Assembly: GCA_964016885.1 (NCBI GenBank) | Contig: OZ024748.1 | Span: 28,334,001 to 28,398,000, forward strand | Source: Eledone cirrhosa | Lineage: Eukaryota | Direction: 5' to 3' | DNA: 64,000 bases | Shown: piece by piece, positions 54,807-64,000 of the stretch | Layout of the letters: each line of letters begins with the position of its first letter | Position numbering within the stretch: the first letter of the stretch is position 1 | Program-made: the position numbers and the translations under genes | Notes under the pieces: model-generated | What the model saw: the letters and a program-made list of their open reading frames with translations, nothing else | Told to the model about the DNA's origin: nothing | Databases searched by the model: none

Positions 54807-54953
54807 TAATAAAGACTTTTGATGTATTGAAGGCTTCTTTGGTTTATTTTCATAATTCTTCGGCTCTGTTTAATTACATTGAGCTATACCTTTACTGTCA
54901 TTTCTATAATACGAAGAGGGTGTTTAACTCCAACACACTCTAGTATTTTAATT

Positions 54954-55020
<67 letters not shown>

Positions 55021-55169
55021 ATTATATATATATATATATATATGTAGGAGGTGAGTTTTATTGTAGTACAATAAAGCAATGCAGATATCGGATAAGAAGC
55101 ACTCTACAGTTTGTAGGACTGGAGTATACATAATATATAAGATCAAAAGATGGTTAAAAGAGTTCCATG

Positions 55170-55240
55170 TATTTTATTATGCGCATTTTAAAAACAAATA
55201 TCATCATGCAATAATATTTGTGTTTTCATCAGATAAAATA
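55170..55240 (-). ncRNA. Hammerhead motif, G12A mutated copy
   Basis: Mirror of 56913-56983 but with AAAA for GAAA. Confidence 0.7.
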
Positions 55241-55562
55241 GGAAGACATGATATGAAGTTTAAAAAAGACTTGTGGATAGTGCAGTTTTAAATCAACATA
55301 TGAAAAGTAGTTTTAGATTGATGTGTGATATTGGAAAAAAAAATTTTTTGAGGGAGGGAAAGGATGAAAAAGAGGAGGAGATGAGAGTAAAAAGTGGAGG
55401 GGGAGGAGTATAATGAGGAAGGATGAGATAGGAGGAGAGATGGGTGATAGAGAGAGAGAGACAGCTTTTATAACTGAGAAAAATATATTGTTTTACATAG
55501 AGAGGTTGAAAAACCGTTGGAAGATAATATATAAATTAAAAGAATTTGAAAATTAACGAAGT

Positions 55563-55934
55563 TTAATCTACGAATGTAAAGTTATAACTGACACCAATTC
55601 CTTCACCTATTTTGGCTCCACTTCCACCTCCTTTAAAGCTCGTCTTTATAATCATCATTCGTCTTTTAAATACCAACTTAAAAGAACCAACACGGCTCTC
55701 TCAGAACTCATATGGTCCTTGAAAGACAAAAATATTAAATATAACATCTCTTGGAAAAAGGTTTCTTCTGCTTCTCCATACTTGAACAGTTCTCTATCCA
55801 AGACTTGCAATCTCTGTCTAAATGAAAAATTTACCATTATATCTAATTTAGATTCTATAATAAATAGACGCACTGACTTGTTTTCTCTCTGCTTGCATAA
55901 ATTCCACAGAACATTCCATAAAGTATACAGCTAA
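55563..55934 (+). pseudogene. Naiad-type GIY-YIG endonuclease fragment (LIY...YFG variant)
   Basis: Open frame 'LIYECKV...TYFGSTSTSFKARLYNHHSSFKY...TALSELIWSLK...CNLCLNEK...CLHK'. Confidence 0.9.
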
Positions 55935-56380
55935 TATCCAATACTTTATCAATTTAGAATCCTTTTCTCAAAGGCACATATATATATATATATTTCTTTA
56001 AAAATATACCCATCTTTCTACCTTATTTCAAAGTTATTTATTATACATTATATAATACTTGTTACTCATTCTATATCACTCCTATTTATCACTTCTCTTT
56101 CTTCCTTTTCCTTTTCTTTTCTTTTTCTTTTAATTTCTAACCACTAATCTGTACCTTTTTCTCACTGTGCCTAACATAGAAACAATTATTACACAATACA
56201 ATATATTCTTACTTTATATCACCTTGAAAAAATCCTTCGTAAACATAAACATTTTTTTGACGTTAGATTATTCATCCTCAATTCATTATTTTTTTTCTCC
56301 CTTTCATGCTCATCTATTTCATCCTATCTTCTAATTGTTTTCACAATATATCCTTACTTACATTACCTTTGCTATTTTTA

Positions 56381-56550
56381 ATAATACATATCAACATTTT
56401 CTTTCAATCGCACATATTATTAAATCCTTAAATATTATTCTTAATACATATTAACATTTTCTTTCCATCGCACATATTATTAAACCCTTAAATATTATTC
56501 TTAATACATATTAACAATTTCTTTTCATCGCACATATTATTAAACCCTTC
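56381..56550. repeat. Three ~60-bp tandem units in the PLE 3'UTR
   Basis: 'aatacatat.aaca.tttcttt..atcgcacatattattaaa.cctt' x3. Confidence 0.9.
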
Positions 56551-56912
56551 AATATACAAACCTTAACTTTACATTATTTTTCTCTTCGTTAATTTTCAAA
56601 TTCTTTTAATTTATACATTATCTTCCAACGGTTTTTCAACCTCTCTATGTAAAACAATATATTTTTCTCAGTTATAAAAGCTATCTCGCTCTCTCTATCA
56701 CCCATATCTCCTTCTATCTCATCCTTCCTCATTATACTCCTCCCCCTCCACTTTTTACTCTCATCTCCTCCTCTTTTTCATCCTTTCCACCCCCCACCCC
56801 CTCAAAAAATTTTTTTTCCCAATATCACACATCAATCTAAAACTACTTTTCATATGTTGATTTAAAACTGCACTATCCACAAGTCTTTTTTAACCTTCAT
56901 ATCATGTCTTCC

Positions 56913-56983
56913 TATTTTATCTGATGAAAACACAAATGTTATTGCATGATGATATTTGTTTTTGAAATGCGCATAATAAAATA
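56913..56983 (+). ncRNA. Type I hammerhead ribozyme, palindromic helix III loop
   Basis: tattttat/ataaaata helix I (8 bp); CTGATGA; long helix II; GAAAT GCGC ATA. Confidence 0.85.
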
Positions 56984-57048
56984 CATGGAACTCTTTTAAC
57001 AATCTTTTGATCTTATATATTATATATATATATATATATATATGTATT

Positions 57049-57160
<112 letters not shown>

Positions 57161-57419
57161 GTCTATATATATACATACACACACATATATATATATATAT
57201 ATACATATATATACATATATATATATAATATTGTTATACTTGGGGAGGGTCATATTTGTGTAATAATATTGCCAGAATTAATAACAGAACACACTCACTG
57301 TTTGGTTGGTTTTCGCTTCTGTATCTTTTATATCAGCTAATTTATTCCGTCCTCAATGTTACCATTGACTGACCAACGGTCAAAAATACAGATATAATAT
57401 AGTCACAAACTCATACATA

Positions 57420-57470
57420 TAGTCTAACAAAGTTCTTTCGTTGCACATCTGCAACATCGTCAGTGGGGTT
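57420..57470 (-). ncRNA. Hammerhead motif, family C (CUGACGA)
   Basis: CTGACGA t gttgca gatg tgcaac GAAA gaactt. Confidence 0.65.
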
Positions 57471-57778
57471 ATTATGTTTCCTCCTGTTGTATTGTATGTC
57501 TACGCCATCTTTATTTAATCTGTTTATTTATTTATTTATTTATTTATTTATACTTCTCTTAGGTCTGTATTGTTTGTTTGGGTGTTGTTGTTATTCCATT
57601 CATTTATTCTGTTTAGCTTTGGCCTTCTAAGTTCTATTTCGCTGGCCTCTCTGATTTTCCTATCTGCTGGGTCAAAAGCTAAACAGAAAAAATGAATGGA
57701 ATAACAACAACACTCAAACAAACAATAACAGATTAAATAAAGATGGCGTAGACATACAATACAACAGGAGGAAACATA

Positions 57779-57832
57779 ATAGCACCACTGACGATGCTGC
57801 AGATGTGCAACGAAAGAACTTTGTTAGACTAT
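57779..57832 (+). ncRNA. Hammerhead motif, family C (CUGACGA)
   Basis: CTGACGA t gctgca gatg tgcaac GAAA gaactt. Confidence 0.6.
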
Positions 57833-58016
57833 ATATATGTGTTTGTGTCTATATTATATCTGTATTTTTTACCGTTGGTCAGTCAATGATAAACATTGAG
57901 GACCGAATAAATTAGCTGATATAAAAGATACAGAAGCGAAAACCAACCAAACAGAGAGTGTGTTCTGTTATTCATTTTGGCAATATTATTACACAAATAT
58001 GACCCTCCCCAAGTAT

Positions 58017-58141
<125 letters not shown>

Positions 58142-58733
58142 GTATGTATATATTATATGTATATATATATGTATGTATATATTATATGTATATATATATA
58201 TGTATATATATGTATGTATATATTATATGTATATAATATTTCTCTAATACCCCGTCCATTATCACACTCCTGGATTCCTATCGATTTCTCTTGATCATTA
58301 ACATCTTCTCTTACAACTAATACATGCCGACTATATATGCTCACTCCACTTTTCCCTTCACTACTCTGTATACACACATACACACCCTTATATTAACATA
58401 CTTTTGCTCATAGCTTCGTACTTACAAGCACACACACACACTCTGTTACTCACATACACACACACTAGCTTCGTACGGACGTATAATAACACACACACAG
58501 ACACATGCTTACGCACGTGCACAAGTATAACTCTTTTACAAAACGGCTTTTTTTTCCATTTCAGGTAGACGCGCTCCATCATCCACTTTTCTAAAAATAA
58601 ATCATACATAAAACGCCAGCACCAACAGTTTTCAAGAGATTTCAAGATGAATGGGACCTGTTATTTTTATCTAAAGACATTTTTTCCAATTCCAACCCGC
58701 CCGTACCCTCAATCTATCTTATTTCTCATTCTT

Positions 58734-58769
58734 TCTTCTGATGAACGACTAGCGTCCGAAACCTTAAGA
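58734..58769 (+). ncRNA. Degenerate minimal hammerhead
   Basis: tctt CTGATGA ac gac tagc gtc c GAAAC ctt aaga; a related, more decayed copy on minus at ~43375-43412. Confidence 0.5.
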
Positions 58770-58871
58770 CCCTCTTCCTGCTATATCAAGCGTTAACCTA
58801 ATATATCCCTTCCATATACTGTACCGATTATGTTATTATTTATGTTTACCTTTTACATACATATATTTATA

Positions 58872-58946
58872 AATTCTTTCTGATGATTGAAGGCAGACGT
58901 AAATATCAAGTTCGTCTGTCTTCGTGAAACCTTTGGTAAATGAATT
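58872..58946 (+). ncRNA. Type I hammerhead ribozyme, family G variant
   Basis: aattcttt/aatgaatt; CTGATGA; tgaaggcagacg/cgtctgtcttcg; GAA acc ttt ggt A; downstream matches 25383-25411. Confidence 0.8.
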
Positions 58947-58983
58947 AATTATCTTATGTTGTTTATTACATAACTACGCACAC

Positions 58984-59019
<36 letters not shown>

Positions 59020-59065
59020 ATGTATATATTATATGTATATATATATATGTATATATATATATGTA

Positions 59066-59137
<72 letters not shown>

Positions 59138-59470
59138 ATATTATATGTATATATATATATATGTATATATTATACGTATATAAATATATATATCTCCTTA
59201 TAATATATAACCAGCAATTTCTCTGTCTGTCCGACAGTGGAAACACGTGCGCGTGTGGTTGCTATCTCTCTCTCTCTCCAGTTATCCCTCTCTTTTAGTC
59301 TGTCTGTTTCTCTTACTCTCACTCTTTCTCTTTGTAACACACTAACATTCCTCCCCTCTATCGCTGTGACGAATGGGGAGATGTAGGAGGGGGAGGAGGA
59401 GAGAGTCACTTCGTCACTTCACCTCTGCCTTTCTTTCTCTCCCCTCTCACTCCCTCATTACGTACAGACA

Positions 59471-59667
59471 TTAGGGCGGTAGATTGGCAGAATCTGTAGA
59501 GAGTCGGATACCATGCTTCATAGCATGGAGTTACGTCCCTTTACGGTCTGAGTTCAAATACCGCCGAGGTTAACTTTGCCTTTCATCCTCACGGGGTCGA
59601 TAAAATAAAGTACCAGTAATGTACTGGGTAATTGCTGGCCTTGTGCCAAAAGTAGAAACAATTATTA
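59471..59667 (+). mobile_element. Full-length SINE, short subfamily
   Basis: Pol III boxes, core, tail. Confidence 0.9.
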
Positions 59668-59784
59668 GAAACATTGCTTCATTTTTACATATCTAAGCAT
59701 TAGTAAAATAACTAATAATTTCAAAAGTAATTTTTCAATTCCAATTGTTATGAACAGCAAAACATTAATAATAATTTTGTTCTA

Positions 59785-59990
59785 AGAAATATATATACAT
59801 TTCTGTGTGTGTAATATATATATATATACACACACAGAAATATATATATATACACACAGAAATATATATACATTTCTGTGTGTGTAATATATATATATAT
59901 ACACACACAGGAATATATATATATATACACACAGAAATATATATACATTTCTGTGTGTGTAATATATATATATATACACACAGAAATATA
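59785..59990. repeat. ~74-bp minisatellite x3 built from inverted sub-repeats
   Basis: 'agaaatatatatacatttctgtgtgtgt' starts at 59785, 59858 and 59933. Confidence 0.85.
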
Positions 59991-60535
59991 TGGGCATTTC
60001 TCTGTTTGTCTGTCTGTCTGTCTGTCTGTCCTTCCCTAAAACTCAAATGTAGGTGCTACAGAAATATTACCTTCCCCTTCCTTTCTCCACTTTGGTACTA
60101 CCAAGAGAAACACTGTCGCTATAGAAACATTACCTTCCCCTCTCCCCTGACTTTGGTCACTGAGGCCGAGGGAATCGCTGGTTGCTATAGAGACACCTTG
60201 CACAAGCCAGATGTAACCAGTTCGAGGCGGTTCTGACTTGACACCATGCCAAGGACCATTTGAAGATATATTTCCATCGTTATATCATAACGTTTATGTA
60301 TCATAACGTTTATATTTCTGTCACTAATCTCTTTTTCTCCTTTTTCGTTTTAACATATATTTATTTCAAAGATTTCACCGTATAGATAACATATATATTT
60401 ATACATGCACAAAAGACACACCGAGAAACGGTGAACATGTGGTGCCGAAAACATTTCTCATCCAAATCTTAACAATATCAGTATATACACTAGATTTGCT
60501 AGCAGAAAACCGCCCACCGGGTGGTTTTCTGCTAG

Positions 60536-61440
60536 TCTATATATATAAAACTGAGGATGTCTGTCTGTGTGTGTGTGAGTTTGAATCCCTAAAACTCGAG
60601 AAGCACTCAACTGACTGTTTTCAAACTTTACACATGCTTCAGGGAGTGTTCTGAGCAAAAAAAATTCAAATTTTTAATGCCATAGGAAACAGATTAGGCG
60701 ATTTAGCGATCAGTCTCTATAATTCTTAGTCGTTCTCTTCTTTAGATAGATACATACATATAACGTCGCGCCCGTATAATATCTGTCTGTATGTCTGGCT
60801 GTCTGCATTACGTCACTTCCATGAGGATGTCTGTCTGTGTGTGTGTCTGTGAGTTTGAATCCTTAAAACTCGAGAAGTAGCCAACCGATTTTTTTTCAAA
60901 TTTTACATGTGTATTACTTATGTTTCAGGGAGTGTTATGCACATAAATAATTCAACTTTTTGATCTCCTAGGGCCCACATTAGGTGAAAAACTGCGTTTG
61001 TTAAGCTTTTTAGGTGTTTTTTGAGGCGTTACGTCAGACCGATTTCCTTTAAATTGTAACTATGTATTAGTCAGTCTCTTCTTCATACAATGAGCAAAGA
61101 AAATCCAACTTTTTTTTTTGCCTGCATTAGGTGAAAAACTTCATTTTTTCAGCTTTTTAGGGCTTTTTGGAGGCGTTACGTCTAGCCGATTTACCCGAAA
61201 TTTCAAGGCATATTATGCACATAAAAAAAATATTTTTTTCTTGATCCCCTAGGGCCCGCATTAGGTGAAAACCTGCATTTTTCCTGCTTCATCGAGGAAA
61301 ATCTTAAAGATTATCCATTAGAGTATTCGGTTTATTTTATTTACATATTGTCCAGGCATGCAGTTTTTCCATGATTAGGTCTGTTGGCGGCCCGCGTTCC
61401 AAAATACTTTATCCCGTGCAACGCCGGGTACCACTGCTAG
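60536..61440 (+). mobile_element. Non-autonomous Helitron
   Basis: 5' 'TCtatatatataaaa'; subterminal hairpin 'cccgtgcaacgccggg'; 3' CTAG followed by T; internal duplications. Confidence 0.85.
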
Positions 61441-61461
61441 TATAATATATATATATATCCA

Positions 61462-61525
61462 AGGGCGGTGCCCCAGCATGGCCTCAGTCGGATGGCTGGA
61501 ACAGGTAAAAGAGTAAAAGAATAGA
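61462..61525 (+). mobile_element. SINE 3' end fragment (different family)
   Basis: 'gggcggtgccccagcatggcc...gtaaaagagtaaaaga' resembles an octopus SINE tail (recalled). Confidence 0.55.
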
Positions 61526-61587
61526 ATATATGTATGTATATATATATATATATGTGTGTGTGTGAGTGTGTGTAAATAGATAGATAA

Positions 61588-61662
<75 letters not shown>

Positions 61663-61896
61663 TGCATGCATATATGTATAAGAATGTATGTATGATTCTC
61701 TCTTCTAAAATACAATTTCCTTGAAGAAGAAAGGCTTAAAAAGAAATGAAAAGAAAATTAAATAAACTGATCTTTAAACCTAAATATTCCAATATAGATT
61801 CATTGTATCATATACTGTGAAAACTGTCTCATTAATATATATCATATATACGGAAATGTTTTCTGTTTTTTTCAAAAATACCTTTTGTTGCAATTC

Positions 61897-61987
<91 letters not shown>

Positions 61988-62045
61988 TGTGTGTGTGTGT
62001 CTCTTTCTCTCTCTCTTCTTCTCTCTCTCTCAATATATATATAGG

Positions 62046-62202
<157 letters not shown>

Positions 62203-62248
62203 AGGAAAAGCGAAGTAGTTTCAGATGTTCAAGTCTTTTAATAATAAT

Positions 62249-62322
62249 GCTGTGATATATATTTCAATGGCGACAGTGGTCACACTGTTCCGTGCGCCAG
62301 TGTCGCGACATCATCAGACAGC
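62249..62322 (-). ncRNA. Type I hammerhead ribozyme in a solo ~250-bp island
   Basis: gctgt/acagc helix I; CTGATGA; helix II gcgaca/tgtcgc, tgg/cca, cgcac/gtgtg; GAAAT ATAT ATC. Confidence 0.82.
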
Positions 62323-62445
62323 TTGTTACATAATAAGGTTGTTTCCGAGGCAATCCAAATTGAATCGATATTTACTCCGTCACTCCTATGTGGAATAAGT
62401 ACGTTGAGTGCTTGAATTGAATTGCATCAATATCTACCCTAAGAA

Positions 62446-62515
<70 letters not shown>

Positions 62516-62948
62516 GGGCATAAACATATATGGGTGATATATATGTGTATATCTATGTATACATATAATTTAATATACTCTTTTTTCTTGGGGGGGGGGG
62601 GGCAAAATATGTGCAGTGTATGTGTGGTACAAAAGTGTATTTGTCAGAATGTTAACACAATGTACATTGGTGCCTACAAAATAAACAAACATACACACAC
62701 CCACTCATACACATACACCCATACAGAAACACTACTTATATATACACATATATTATACCCATTCCTAATTTTGTAAATGTTTTCCCTTTTGCGTGTCTGC
62801 CTGGTTTATTGCATTCGAAGGTCACCATCAGCACTGTTATTACATTACAGTATTGTGTGTGTGTGTGTGTGTGTGTGTGCGCGTGTGTGTGCGCGTGTGC
62901 GACCTTTGATTGCTGGGGATGAGTGCATTTCTAGTCACACATGATATG

Positions 62949-63002
<54 letters not shown>

Positions 63003-63108
63003 AGTAATGCAACAAATTACATTTTGTTCCCTTTGTATTTCTTCCAATTATATGTTTTCCCTTTTAACTCTTTGTTTTCTCTTCTTTCTTTTCGTGTTAC
63101 TATCATTA

Positions 63109-63312
63109 TTGGCAGTATCGGTAGAGCGTCAGACACCATGATTTGCAGCATAGAGTTATGACCTTTTACCTACTGATTTCAAATTTCGCCGATGTTAACT
63201 TTACCTTTCATTCTTTCGGGGTCGATAAAATAAAGCACCAGTAATGTACTGGGGTCGATTTAATCGACTTTCCCCTCCCTCCAGATTACTGGCCTTGTGC
63301 CTATAGAAGAAA

Positions 63313-63320
<8 letters not shown>
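63109..63320 (+). mobile_element. SINE, long subfamily, with (ATT)n tail
   Basis: Match to the SINE consensus. Confidence 0.9.
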
Positions 63321-63362
<42 letters not shown>

Positions 63363-63717
63363 GTTATTATTATCATCATTACATAATAAAGATTCTTTCT
63401 ACACTACACCATTTTGGATTATTTCAATTTCGATCTTTTCTTTTTCTTTTTTCAGTTTCCTTTGAAATATATGTTTATCTGTCTGCGTTTTTGTGTTTGT
63501 ATGTGTGTGGGTGTGTGTTTGTCTATCAGACTGTATCTGTGGTTGTGTGTCTTCCTGTGTGTATCCCTGTTTATGTGTGTGTGTATGTCAATGTCCATCT
63601 ATCCATCCATCGGCCCTGAACTCTTTCTGATCGAGTGTTAGGGGGTGCCGTCATGACATATGGCGTATCTTCAATATTTTAAACCTGGCACAGCGCAACA
63701 ATCACCAGGTGTGAACT

Positions 63718-64000
<283 letters not shown>

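Larger units (their letters stand above)
50343..54957. mobile_element. ~4.5-kb palindromic Naiad-type PLE (two head-to-head 5'-truncated copies)
   Basis: 50343-52547 inverted as 52599-54856; GIY-YIG C-terminus at the centre; HHR at both ends; tail 54857-54957 on the right only; flanked by (TA)n. Confidence 0.95.
55045..57023 (+). mobile_element. Naiad-type PLE fragment with ~430-bp inverted terminal repeat
   Basis: 55130-55561 inverted as 56584-57023; EN 55563-55934; tail 55045-55129 on the left only. Confidence 0.92.

Noticed and set aside
50343-54856. Assembly or chimeric-read fold-back artefact
   Set aside because: The arms differ by a SINE insertion, indels and substitutions, with an asymmetric spacer and tail. 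Read support still needs checking.
60407-60446. Possible hammerhead around the caccg/cggtg hairpin
   Set aside because: Neither CUGAnGA nor GAAA-NUH can be placed without several changes.

Overview
AT-rich, microsatellite-rich, non-coding animal DNA. The repeat families resemble those I recall from octopod cephalopods, which is an inference. I find no host protein-coding exon, rRNA, true tRNA gene or CRISPR array. Most ORFs in the track are translations of (TA)n/(CA)n repeats. Positions ~1-19 kb are dominated by many same-strand copies of a tRNA-derived SINE. Two decayed RTE-clade LINEs lie at ~19.7-22.6 kb and ~40.2-43.3 kb. From ~22.7 kb to the end is a dense nest of Penelope-like elements (PLEs; RT plus GIY-YIG, including Naiad-type YRDD elements) inserted in microsatellites, plus one non-autonomous Helitron. 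Folding by hand gives about 29 type I hammerhead-ribozyme (HHR) motifs from at least 12 sequence families. Several show covariation, non-canonical cores (CAGAAGA, CCGAAGA, CGGAAGA, UUGAAAA) or ~100-nt helix II insertions. Most PLEs are head-to-head inverted duplications with an HHR near each outer end. Best candidate for something undescribed: a small RCUC-loop-GAGY hairpin shared across unrelated PLE families downstream of the HHR. The short ('tail-less') arm of each inversion stops 4-12 nt before it in 8 separate insertions, which suggests a cis signal that positions reverse-transcription initiation. All structures were folded by eye and no activity is demonstrated.
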